Source of the DNA: a virus
Lineage: Duplodnaviria > Caudoviricetes
Virus record (IMG/VR): IMGVR_UViG_3300047160_004777
Location: 1 to 64,000 of that record
Strand: one strand, 5' to 3'
Length of the DNA stretch: 64,000 nt
Position numbers and translations under genes: made by a program. The notes under the pieces are model-generated. The model was not told where the DNA came from, did no database searches, and worked only from the letters and a program-made list of their open reading frames with translations. Each line of letters begins with the position of its first letter. Position 1 is the first letter of the stretch. Below, one piece after another: positions 9,614 through 17,902 of this stretch.

Positions 9614-9898
9614 GTGAATACGCTCAAGATCATGTCGAACGTGTCGGATCTCCGGCTCAAGGCGCTGTTCCACACCTACGGTATTCCGGTACGCAGCGGT
9701 CACACGGTGATCGAGTACGAGCCGGAAACGGAGAAAGCCGAGGTTGCCAGGGTTGTCTTTGGCCAACTTACGACGCTCTTTCGCTTTACTGCCCTGGAGA
9801 CGACGGTTGCGGGTACTCCCCGGCGTATTACTACGCTCGACACCGATGCCGAGTCGGAGTCGGAAGTTGTCCTCATCCCGGCGATCTGCGGCGGATGA
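9614..9898 (+). CDS. small protein ending ...PAICGG (GG-motif paralog 2)
   Basis: Clear paralog of 8849 (YGI..R.GHTVIE.EP.TE...LTTL.RFT.L.TTVA). Confidence 0.75.
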   Translation: MNTLKIMSNVSDLRLKALFHTYGIPVRSGHTVIEYEPETEKAEVARVVFGQLTTLFRFTALETTVAGTPRRITTLDTDAESESEVVLIPAICGG

Positions 9899-9914
9899 GG
9901 CGCCGCCCGTCCCG

Positions 9915-10292
9915 ATGGAGAAAATCTACAACCGCAACTGTCTAAACGTTGTTCCGGAACCTCCATCGCGACAGCGGCTAACCTATCTCAAGCACAGTGT
10001 TGAAGGTGAGTTGTTCGAGCGGTTTCTCACGCCGTACCAGTGGTCGGAACTCAAGCGCACAGGTTGGGTTCCGGTCCTCGGATCGGCGGGAGGCCACTAC
10101 TACGTCTGTGTCGCACAGAAGATGTTCTACTCGCAAGTGATGCGGTTCGATGGAGAGCGGGGTTGCTCGTACTGCCTGAGTGTCGGCGGGGGCGTAAGCG
10201 TCCGCGACATGGCGATGGCGAAAATCCTGTTGCTTCAGGCCGACGAACCGTACTTCTGTGCGGTTGCAAACGGCACGCGTTGGCGAGTCTAG
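9915..10292 (+). CDS. partner protein paralog 2
   Basis: FLTPYQWSELKRTGWVPVLGS matches YLSPFQWSEMERTGWIPVRGS of 9133; start inferred. Confidence 0.7.
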   Translation: MEKIYNRNCLNVVPEPPSRQRLTYLKHSVEGELFERFLTPYQWSELKRTGWVPVLGSAGGHYYVCVAQKMFYSQVMRFDGERGCSYCLSVGGGVSVRDMAMAKILLLQADEPYFCAVANGTRWRV

Positions 10293-10362
10293 TTTCTGAA
10301 CACGAGACAAGGAGTCGCCTTCGACCCCGCAGCTTCTTGTCTCGTTGATCGGAGGAAGTCAC

Positions 10363-10722
10363 ATGTTGGCGATAGCTGAGCCCAAGACAGAAGAACTGGA
10401 TACACAAACTGTCCTACCGGGCGTCGAAGGGCCGGCCGAATGGCCGACGCGTATCCAGATCAGAGTCACCGACGAGGACATCTTGCTCGGCGCGCGGTCG
10501 AGTATCGAACAGTGCCCGATAGCTCGGGCGTTGCGGCGTTGGGTGTCTCTGAACGGATACCCGGTCGTTGTGATCGAGGTGCGGAACAAGCGCGCTCGCG
10601 TCGGTATGTGGCACTTCCAGCACGACGCCGAGCACTTCGTGCGGAACTTCGATCACAAGAAAGACGTGTACGAAACCTGGGTCAATCTCCGACGAACCAG
10701 GAAAGTGAGCGGTATGCGATGA
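10363..10722 (+). CDS. hypothetical protein
   Basis: GGAGG RBS upstream; I.VT.EDI..G......CPIARAL pattern. Confidence 0.65.
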   Translation: MLAIAEPKTEELDTQTVLPGVEGPAEWPTRIQIRVTDEDILLGARSSIEQCPIARALRRWVSLNGYPVVVIEVRNKRARVGMWHFQHDAEHFVRNFDHKKDVYETWVNLRRTRKVSGMR

Positions 10723-10949
10723 CGGTTAGCGAAATGCGAATTATGGGCGGGTCCGGCGATACGAAGGTGATGTGGGACTCCGAACAGGAAGCGGAAGTGG
10801 AGAACGCGCGTCGTACCTTCAATGACTTGCGCGGTCGCGGCTACGCTGCGTTCGCGGTCCGTACCTCAGGCGAGAAGGGTCGGCAGGTCACCGAGTTCGA
10901 TCCCGAAGCCGAGAAACTTATCATGGTGCCGCAGATCGCGGGTGGTTGA
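10719..10949 (+). CDS. small protein ending ...PQIAGG (GG-motif paralog 3)
   Basis: ATGA overlap with the upstream gene; C-terminus FDPEAEKLIMVPQIAGG. Confidence 0.75.
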   Translation: MTVSEMRIMGGSGDTKVMWDSEQEAEVENARRTFNDLRGRGYAAFAVRTSGEKGRQVTEFDPEAEKLIMVPQIAGG

Positions 10950-11542
10950 TGGCTACCTGGACGACGTGGACCGGCACGTCGAGCGCCACGACCACGGGGA
11001 TCGTCTGGAACTACTGGAACACAGGCGCAGGGAACACCACGACGGTCTATACGGCCGACTTCCCTCAGTTGATATGGGCGAATTGGGTCAACGCGACGGC
11101 AACGACAACGATTGCTTCCGGCTGGAAGAGTCCTACGTATTGTCCGCCTGTTCTCAGTCCCGAAGAACAGGCGGCGGAGCGTGTCGCGCGAGCCGAACGC
11201 GAAGAGCGAGCAGTGAAAGAGCGAGCTGACCACGAACAAGCCGTTCAGCGAGCCGAGATACTGCTCAACGAACATCTGAACGCGGCACAGCGTAGTCAGT
11301 TGAAGGCTCGCGGTCGCTTCAAGCTGCGGTCGCAACGTGGCTCGTGGTACGAGATTCGGCGCGGGCACCACAGCAACGTGGTTCGGTTGAACGAAGATGG
11401 GCAACCGACTGAGACGCTGTGCGTCTACGCGCGGGGCGGCGTGCCCGACGCGGATTGCATGTTGGCGCAGAAGTTGTATCTGGAGATGAACGAAGATCGG
11501 CTGCGCGAGGTAGCGCACATTACGCCAGCAGGGGGCTTTTAG
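10949..11542 (+). CDS. partner protein paralog 3 (Trp/Thr-rich N-terminus, coiled coil, conserved C-terminal domain)
   Basis: TGATG coupling to the upstream gene; LCVYARGGVPDADCMLAQKLYLEMNEDRLREVA aligns with the other partners. Confidence 0.75.
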   Translation: MATWTTWTGTSSATTTGIVWNYWNTGAGNTTTVYTADFPQLIWANWVNATATTTIASGWKSPTYCPPVLSPEEQAAERVARAEREERAVKERADHEQAVQRAEILLNEHLNAAQRSQLKARGRFKLRSQRGSWYEIRRGHHSNVVRLNEDGQPTETLCVYARGGVPDADCMLAQKLYLEMNEDRLREVAHITPAGGF

Positions 11543-11543
11543 C

Positions 11544-11969
11544 ATGAGTGACGGCGGGTTTGTCATGGGACCGTTCGGCCCGGACAGCCAGGTAGGTCAG
11601 ATGTTTGGAGAGATGATGCGACGAGCGTCGATGGAGCCGGAGGCCGACGAGTTCGCGGAGCGCGCCCGAAAAGTCATCGGCGAGGCTGTCGAGCGTGAGT
11701 ACCTGAGCATCGCCGAGAAGTCGCACGTTTACGATGCGCTCCTGGCGCCGGGCGCTGAGCCGGCGACCTTCGAGCAGGCCGCGTATAGCTTTGCGCTGCA
11801 CGGGTTGGCGGCTCGGGTAGCTGGTCACGTGGCTCGAACGAAGCAGGGATCGGAAGAAAAGGAATATCTCGCTCAGCGCCGAGACCATCAGGCGGCGACC
11901 GAACGCTGGATGGGAAAGATGGGCGACGCGGCCAAGAACGAGTTGACGCAACGGCGACATGCAAACTGA
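11544..11969 (+). CDS. hypothetical protein
   Basis: Tightly packed ORF with genome-typical codon use. Confidence 0.6.
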   Translation: MSDGGFVMGPFGPDSQVGQMFGEMMRRASMEPEADEFAERARKVIGEAVEREYLSIAEKSHVYDALLAPGAEPATFEQAAYSFALHGLAARVAGHVARTKQGSEEKEYLAQRRDHQAATERWMGKMGDAAKNELTQRRHAN

Positions 11970-12255
11970 GCTGACGTGCAACGTTTGTGACCGTCAGCCG
12001 GCAGTCGGCGTGGCTAGCTCGGCGCTCGGCGCAGTCTCGCTCGCCTACTGTCGGCAGTGTCTTATCGAAAACGCGGACGCGACCTACATGCTCGCCGGCA
12101 ACATCTACAGCTGCGGTCCGAACCCGGACGACTACGCGGATTGGTTCTGGTTGAACAAGACGTTCTACGAGGGTCGGTACATCACAGCTCGGGAATACTT
12201 CGACATCGTGATTCAGGATCCGCACTTCTTTGACCCGCCGCCGGAGTACAAGTAG
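11959..12255 (+). CDS. hypothetical protein with CxxC...CxxC Zn-finger
   Basis: CNVC...CRQC; overlaps its neighbours. Confidence 0.6.
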   Translation: MQTELTCNVCDRQPAVGVASSALGAVSLAYCRQCLIENADATYMLAGNIYSCGPNPDDYADWFWLNKTFYEGRYITAREYFDIVIQDPHFFDPPPEYK

Positions 12256-12632
12256 TGGGAGTGCGACACATCGCCGTGGCTGCCGTGTTCAGCTTGTCTT
12301 CAGCGGTCAGCTCGCAACCCGCGCGAGCGCAGGAGCTGCGGCAGGAGTATGTGCGCGTGACCTTCTACACGCTCAGCGGCGTGATGGCCGATGCTCAGCC
12401 AGTTCATAAGGGCGCCGCAGCGTGCGCGAACTACATGCCGCTCGGGACAAGGCTGCGATTCAATGATGGGTACGTCGTCACCTGTGAGGATCGTGGCTTC
12501 GGCGGTTCGATCTGGGACGGGTGGGTAGATATCTGGGCGCCATCGCGAGCGTGGGGTGCGGCGAACGTTACCGACGCGTACGGGGATTACACGTGGGTAG
12601 ACGTGTTGCGGTGGGGATGGGGCGATGGATAA
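12255..12632 (+). CDS. secreted 3D-domain (MltA/RlpA-like) putative cell-wall hydrolase
   Basis: Signal-like N-terminus; VTFY...G.MA...V..GAAAC....PLGT......TCEDRG.....VDIW. Confidence 0.7.
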   Translation: MGVRHIAVAAVFSLSSAVSSQPARAQELRQEYVRVTFYTLSGVMADAQPVHKGAAACANYMPLGTRLRFNDGYVVTCEDRGFGGSIWDGWVDIWAPSRAWGAANVTDAYGDYTWVDVLRWGWGDG

Positions 12633-12637
12633 CCGGC

Positions 12638-13069
12638 ATGAATATTCCGATTGAGGGACTACCTCTGCATTTGACGAATGACGCGACGAAGGGGATGCCG
12701 CACGAGGGAGGCGAGTACACGTGCTGGTGCGTCGAGTCGGTGGCCGTGCTTCAAGCCGAGGTGGTCTCTCTGTTGGCGAAGCTCGGCAGAACACAAACGT
12801 GGCTAGACGAGTTCCAGGGGAAGCTGGCAGAAGAGGAGATCGCGACGCTGACCTACGGTGCGACGAATCGCGAGTTACGCAAGGAGCTGGCGCACTGGCA
12901 AGGCGCGGTGGCCGAATCGAACGAGCACTGGAATGCTGAGGTCGAGCGACTGCGGATGCGAGTTGAGGCTGCCGAACGGCTGATCGAGGTTGTGAGAGCG
13001 CGCGAGGTAGGTACTTCGGGCGGTGTTGGTGCCGCGTTCGAGGTTTACGACGCGCTTGGTAGACAATAG
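12638..13069 (+). CDS. hypothetical coiled-coil protein
   Basis: ORF packed in the operon. Confidence 0.55.
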   Translation: MNIPIEGLPLHLTNDATKGMPHEGGEYTCWCVESVAVLQAEVVSLLAKLGRTQTWLDEFQGKLAEEEIATLTYGATNRELRKELAHWQGAVAESNEHWNAEVERLRMRVEAAERLIEVVRAREVGTSGGVGAAFEVYDALGRQ

Positions 13070-13087
13070 CCGCGAAGATACTACCTA

Positions 13088-13282
13088 GTGGAACAATCCT
13101 TCCGACCGCGCGGTCCGCAGGCCGCGTGTATGGTGTGTGGCACGATAGAGGCGCTGACCTCAAACATGAACCTCAAAAGCGAAGGTTGGGTATTCAAGCA
13201 TGACATCGGTTGGTGTTGTCCTGAATGTAGGAATCGCCCATATCAGTCGCTAAATAGATCGGGTCGCAGAACCAAGGAATAG
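13088..13282 (+). CDS. small Zn-finger hypothetical protein
   Basis: CMVC...CCPEC. Confidence 0.5.
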   Translation: MEQSFRPRGPQAACMVCGTIEALTSNMNLKSEGWVFKHDIGWCCPECRNRPYQSLNRSGRRTKE

Positions 13283-13283
13283 C

Positions 13284-13544
13284 TTGAACCGACTGTACGT
13301 TTACACATTGTTTGCGATGCAGAGCTGCCATGACGAGTACGGGCATCAGGGGTGGAATCTACAAACTCGGATGGGTTGGGGCTTCGCATCGACCGGCGAC
13401 GAAATCTGGGAGCGGGCAACCCGAACCGCTCACGAAGCCTTTCCCAAAGAGATGGGCTTCCTGCACCATCATGTTATGCTCGCGACGATTGACGACCGTA
13501 CCGTGAAGCAACTGATCGAGGTCAAGTCTCAGACCCACCCGTGA
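13284..13544 (+). CDS. hypothetical protein
   Basis: Packed ORF with TTG start. Confidence 0.5.
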   Translation: MNRLYVYTLFAMQSCHDEYGHQGWNLQTRMGWGFASTGDEIWERATRTAHEAFPKEMGFLHHHVMLATIDDRTVKQLIEVKSQTHP

Positions 13545-13756
13545 TCCAGATAGCCGCCACCCTCGCTGCGATCTGGCTATTCGCTGGTCTGATGATTGCG
13601 CTCGTGTGCATCCGTGATGGCGCAACCGGCTTCAAGCTGCGGCATTGGTTGATGGTGGTTGTGGCTGGCCCGCCTGTCTTGGTAGGGCTCATCGTGTTCG
13701 GCATCCTGAATCCCGAGAACCCACACGCACACAATCAACCTCCAGGAGTCTCCTGA
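13541..13756 (+). CDS. small membrane protein
   Basis: Two hydrophobic segments; overlapping start and stop codons. Confidence 0.55.
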   Translation: MIQIAATLAAIWLFAGLMIALVCIRDGATGFKLRHWLMVVVAGPPVLVGLIVFGILNPENPHAHNQPPGVS

Positions 13757-13956
13757 TGCAGACCTTACGGTTCGCCGACGAAAAGGAAATGGCCGACTAC
13801 ATCGCGAGCTACATTGACCACCACATGGCCGAGTGGCTCGGCTTCGATCAGGACGGCATGCCTCTTCTTGTGCCCTTGAAGCCAAGCTACTGTCCGGCGT
13901 GTCTTGGCGAGCCGCACGCGACATGCCCAGAGGCGGGGTTGTCGCAGCACGGCTAG
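13756..13956 (+). CDS. hypothetical protein
   Basis: TGATG coupling; AGGAG RBS. Confidence 0.55.
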   Translation: MQTLRFADEKEMADYIASYIDHHMAEWLGFDQDGMPLLVPLKPSYCPACLGEPHATCPEAGLSQHG

Positions 13957-13958
13957 TC

Positions 13959-14144
13959 GTGCGACTTCGGATTGTCTCGGACGGGTCGGCACAGGGCACT
14001 ACGGTCGTCAATGCTGATACCGACGAGGACTTGACGAGCAACGTCAAGCTCATACGCTGGGTTCACGAGATGGGGCGCTTGCCGCAGATCGAGATAACTT
14101 TTGCGCGGCTCGACGTAGAGCTACGCAGCGAGACGGAGTTATAA
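13959..14144 (+). CDS. hypothetical protein
   Basis: GTG start inferred; LRIVSDG...GT.V pattern common in phages. Confidence 0.5.
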   Translation: MRLRIVSDGSAQGTTVVNADTDEDLTSNVKLIRWVHEMGRLPQIEITFARLDVELRSETEL

Positions 14145-14375
14145 ATGGCAAACACTGACCTCACGCCGGTAACCGAGAACTACTTTCAGACCTACCCCTA
14201 TCCACAGACGTACACGTACCCGTTGAACTACATCTACTGGTACCCGCCGACGCCGCGTTGCGCCTGGTGTCAGGGAACGCATACCGATAAGTGCCCACGG
14301 CTGAAAGAAGTGCGCTACCGTGATGACGGGACGGTCGAGCACATTGAGTTCTTCCCGGCCAAAGACAGCGGCTGA
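14145..14375 (+). CDS. hypothetical protein (Tyr/Pro-rich, C..C...H...CP)
   Basis: GGAG RBS; abuts the upstream stop. Confidence 0.55.
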   Translation: MANTDLTPVTENYFQTYPYPQTYTYPLNYIYWYPPTPRCAWCQGTHTDKCPRLKEVRYRDDGTVEHIEFFPAKDSG

Positions 14376-14964
14376 CTTCATCAAGACCGCAACCGAACAA
14401 CGTCACGTCCTGCCCGCCGTACTTCAGCGCCTTGAATGGGGGCAGTGGTACGCGATCCACGTACGGCAGCAGGGTGGCTTCGGTCGCGACCACGACGGGA
14501 TTCTGCAAGCTGTGCCGCCCGAGGCGAGCTACGGATGGCCGGACATCTTCGCGACGAGCCCGCGCGAAGCGAGGCCGCTAGCGCTCGAACTGAAAGATCA
14601 GCGCAATCCGATGACTGACTATCAGGTTGATTGGATGGACCGACTGTTCAAGGCCGGCTGCGATTGCGCCCTACTGCGCCCCGATGACGTGTTCGGCGCC
14701 GGCGCGCAAATCGTCGCGGCGCGACTCGTCAGCCACATCACCTGTCCGGCACCGTGCCCCGGCGATCAGGCGTGTACGGGTTGGTGTTCAATCCGTTGGC
14801 CGCACGGTCGTCCGGCGAGGAGCCAGGGCACGGCATCCGATTTAGCCGTTCGCAATATCCTTCGACCGAAGCCCAGCCGGTCTCAGGTAAGCGTGTCGCG
14901 ACGCACGCCTAGTCCCGTAAGAGCGAGGACATCTCGGCGGCCCTGGCGACAGGACGCTACATGA
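14323..14964 (+). CDS. VRR-NUC-like PD-(D/E)XK nuclease
   Basis: GWPDIF...LALELK......T.YQ..W...L motif. Confidence 0.7.
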   Translation: MTGRSSTLSSSRPKTAADFIKTATEQRHVLPAVLQRLEWGQWYAIHVRQQGGFGRDHDGILQAVPPEASYGWPDIFATSPREARPLALELKDQRNPMTDYQVDWMDRLFKAGCDCALLRPDDVFGAGAQIVAARLVSHITCPAPCPGDQACTGWCSIRWPHGRPARSQGTASDLAVRNILRPKPSRSQVSVSRRTPSPVRARTSRRPWRQDAT

Positions 14965-15043
14965 TAGCTGCTGGTGTACTATGCCATTAGCGTACGTCCG
15001 GTCCCGTCGTGGTTACACGCTTTCGTACAGGAGTAGCAGTCGC

Positions 15044-15841
15044 ATGTCGCCCAGAGGTGCAGCCCAGCCAACCGCTCAGGTCACGCTTCCGCAAGGTCGT
15101 TCGTTCCAGCCGTTGAAGCGGCTCAACCTGCTTCCTGGCAATCCCCGGATAATTTCGACAAGTCAATTTCAGTCGCTGATGGCCTCGCTCAAGCGCGATC
15201 CTCGCTTCGCGTTGGTTCGGCCGGTGGCGGTCGCGGATGGTCCCGAGAATCAGGCCGGCGCTCTCGTTTACGGCGGCAACATGCGCGTCCGCGCTTTCGA
15301 GCAGATGTTCAACGAAGGATGGGAACCCGCTCCGGACCTTCAGAAGCTCGGCTGGAAGCCGATGTACGTGCCGGTAGACGTAGACGACATCCCGGAGCCG
15401 ATGGCTCGCGAGCGCGCGATTCAGGACAACAACACATGGGGCACCTGGAACGATCAGGAACTCGCCGAGATGCTCTACAACCTGGATCAACTCGAAGGCT
15501 CCGACCTCAGTGTCCTGGGTTTTGACCAGAGAGTGCTGGACGACTTGCTCGCATCAGTCGGTGGCACGGACGAGCCGGAACGCCGCGCCGATGGCCGTCC
15601 GGCAGACCTGCCACCTCAGGCGCTCACCACCGAAGAACGTATGGAAATCTACGAGAACCAGGCGATCCGGCAGGTGGTGCTCTACTACCCGAAGGAAGAT
15701 TACGAAGATATCCTTGAGCTGCTCGACTGGCTCAGGAAGCACTTCCAGTCCGAGACGAACACCGAGGCAGTTACGGCGGCGCTGCGCGCGTATCGGCAAA
15801 CCTGCGACGACGAGTACGAGCAACCTGACGACGACGAGTAG
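15044..15841 (+). CDS. ParB/Srx-like protein of the DNA-modification cluster
   Basis: L..LPGNPR.I, YGGNMRVRA, IQDN...G.WN motifs; AGGAG RBS before ATG 15044. Confidence 0.75.
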   Translation: MSPRGAAQPTAQVTLPQGRSFQPLKRLNLLPGNPRIISTSQFQSLMASLKRDPRFALVRPVAVADGPENQAGALVYGGNMRVRAFEQMFNEGWEPAPDLQKLGWKPMYVPVDVDDIPEPMARERAIQDNNTWGTWNDQELAEMLYNLDQLEGSDLSVLGFDQRVLDDLLASVGGTDEPERRADGRPADLPPQALTTEERMEIYENQAIRQVVLYYPKEDYEDILELLDWLRKHFQSETNTEAVTAALRAYRQTCDDEYEQPDDDE

Positions 15842-15843
15842 AC

Positions 15844-16533
15844 GTGGCGGGCTCGTTCGGGTCGGCCACGCTGCTCATCATGGCCTATCGGGGACTTAGC
15901 GCTCCAACTTCACCGCGTGTTGTCTCGCTCGCCTTGCAGAGCGGGTGGGACTTTCTGATTAGCTCTGACGACTCGGCTATCGACCGTCTGCGAAGTCGGG
16001 CGGTCACGCGTTGGTACGTTGACGCGTCTGACGACGTGTGCATGTTCATAGATGACGACATGCTGTTCTCGCCCGAGTCGGCGCGCCAGCTTGTGATGGT
16101 TTGCCGCGAAACCGAGTCCATCGTTGGCGGCCTCTACCCGTTCCGTAACGCGGCGGGTTGGGCCGTGCAGCCCTTAGCCGGGACCGAGATCAAGTTGGGC
16201 GATCCGGTGACTGAGGTTGAATACGCGGCGAGTGGCTTCATGGCGATCCATCGCAAGGTGGTTCGAGCGTTGGTCAAGACGCTGCCGCTCGCGCACGCGG
16301 ATCAGCCGACCTCGTTCTGGCCGATGTTTATGCCGTTCCTGATGGAGCGACCCGACGGCGTGATCTGGGAACTGTCCGACGATTGGTCATTTTGTCAGCG
16401 AGCCCGCGACGCCGGCTTCACGATCTGGCTCGACCCGTCGATTCTCGTGGGTCATCTCGGTCAGGTCACCGTGACGGCCGAGAACATCAAGACTGTGTAC
16501 AAGGCGATCCAAGAGGCCGGCACCGTTTTCTGA
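15844..16533 (+). CDS. GT-A fold (family 2-like) glycosyltransferase
   Basis: MFIDDDMLF (DxD), ASGFMAIHRKV, SDDWSFCQRARDAGFTIWLDPSILVGHLG. Confidence 0.8.
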   Translation: MAGSFGSATLLIMAYRGLSAPTSPRVVSLALQSGWDFLISSDDSAIDRLRSRAVTRWYVDASDDVCMFIDDDMLFSPESARQLVMVCRETESIVGGLYPFRNAAGWAVQPLAGTEIKLGDPVTEVEYAASGFMAIHRKVVRALVKTLPLAHADQPTSFWPMFMPFLMERPDGVIWELSDDWSFCQRARDAGFTIWLDPSILVGHLGQVTVTAENIKTVYKAIQEAGTVF

Positions 16534-16658
16534 TGGGGATCGGCTGCGTCGCGTACGTAGCCGTGTTCGTTGTCTCCCTACTCATCCTCGGATTCGCGAC
16601 GCTGGCCTTTTTCGCCTATGTTGGATACGAGGTTCTTTGGCTGTTGCGGCCGCGCTAA
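16533..16658 (+). CDS. small hydrophobic protein
   Basis: TGATG coupling; single long hydrophobic segment. Confidence 0.45.
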   Translation: MGIGCVAYVAVFVVSLLILGFATLAFFAYVGYEVLWLLRPR

Positions 16659-16975
16659 GAGTTCACGTAGTCCTGGTAGCTCTGGTCGAGTTCGAGATTG
16701 CACACGCCCCGCTCGTCCAGAGCGCACGGCGTATCGGATAGCTGAATCCAGGCATCGAGCGGGCAATCGTTGAGGCCGGCTAAGCGCGGATCGGACGTGT
16801 GGTACCAGACCTCGGTCCAGGGAGTGAAGTTGCATTCACCCGAGTGAATCAACCAGCGCCCATCAGGAAGAGCCAGCTCGTACCATCCGGGGGCGGTTGA
16901 GTCCGGGGCGGGACGCAAGTAGGCATTAGGCGCAGGCGATTGGGCGATCAGCAAGGCGAAAAGTAGCGCGAGCAC
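16655..16975 (-). CDS. antisense secreted hypothetical protein
   Basis: GAGGT RBS-like sequence then GTG; starts MLALLFALLIAQSP (signal-peptide-like); fills the gap between + strand genes. Confidence 0.55.
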   Translation of the reverse strand: MLALLFALLIAQSPAPNAYLRPAPDSTAPGWYELALPDGRWLIHSGECNFTPWTEVWYHTSDPRLAGLNDCPLDAWIQLSDTPCALDERGVCNLELDQSYQDYVNS

Positions 16976-16993
16976 TTTCTCAGTTACCTCTTC

Positions 16994-17902
16994 ATGCGTT
17001 ACATTACGGGTGGCTTGCAACGGGCGCTGCGCGACACGGTCGATCTGACAGGTATCCGGACGATCCGGGTTGATCAGCGGCGGGTGCTCAATCTTGAGGA
17101 GTACAAGCTTCGCGAGGCTGTCGAGTCTGACTTTGGTGAGCTGATTCGAGAGCCATTCCTTCTCTACGAGGGACCGAGGCTGCTCGTCGCGTACTTTCAT
17201 CTCGGCGACAACCGCGAAACGAAGCCGATGCTCGACGCGATCTGGCGCAACCTGCCAGGTATCGACTTCCCCGAGCATTACCGCTCAGACGGATTGCCGC
17301 ACACGTCGCAGACCATTGGCTACTTGCCGCGCGTGACGACCCGGCGCGATTACTGCACCGCGACCAAGACCGCGATGGAGTATCCGGAGGCGCACAAAGC
17401 CATCGTCGCTGCCGCGCCGTGGATCGGGACGTATTACCGTTCGATCAACCCGCGCCTGTTCTTCCGGCATCGGATGCTCGCGACGAAGGTCTTGTCGAGC
17501 TTCCAGATCGAGGGCGGGCCGTTCACGTCCGGCATCATCAACTTCAACAGCCAGCTTCGGTATCACTTCGACAGCGGCAACTTCAAGGACGTGTGGAGCG
17601 CGATGCTCGGCTTCAAGCGCGACATGGGCGGTGGCTACTTGTCGATGCCTGAGTTCGGAATTGCCGCCGAAGTTTGCGACCGTTCGTTGCTGATGTTCGA
17701 CGGCCAGGGCATTCTTCACGGCGTGACCTCGCTCCGTCCGTTGAAGGCTGACGCGAAGCGCTACACCATCGTCTACTACTCGATGGAACAGATGTGGAAC
17801 TGCTTGCCGATAGGCATGGAGCTAGAACGCATCCGTCATCGACGCACCGTCCGGGAGTACAAGCGTGCCGGCCTTGCGCCAGGTTCCGCCGCCTTACCGT
17901 AG
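16994..17902 (+). CDS. TET/JBP-family 2-oxoglutarate/Fe(II) dioxygenase
   Basis: FTSGIIN...LRYHFDSGN (HxD), GGYL.MPE, LLMFDG..ILHGVT (H), RYTIVYY (R). Confidence 0.85.
   Translation: MRYITGGLQRALRDTVDLTGIRTIRVDQRRVLNLEEYKLREAVESDFGELIREPFLLYEGPRLLVAYFHLGDNRETKPMLDAIWRNLPGIDFPEHYRSDGLPHTSQTIGYLPRVTTRRDYCTATKTAMEYPEAHKAIVAAAPWIGTYYRSINPRLFFRHRMLATKVLSSFQIEGGPFTSGIINFNSQLRYHFDSGNFKDVWSAMLGFKRDMGGGYLSMPEFGIAAEVCDRSLLMFDGQGILHGVTSLRPLKADAKRYTIVYYSMEQMWNCLPIGMELERIRHRRTVREYKRAGLAPGSAALP

Noticed and set aside
16976-17278. 5' part of the 207-aa minus-strand ORF 16655..17278
   Set aside because: It overlaps the TET/JBP gene in antisense; a better RBS and a signal-peptide start occur at 16975.
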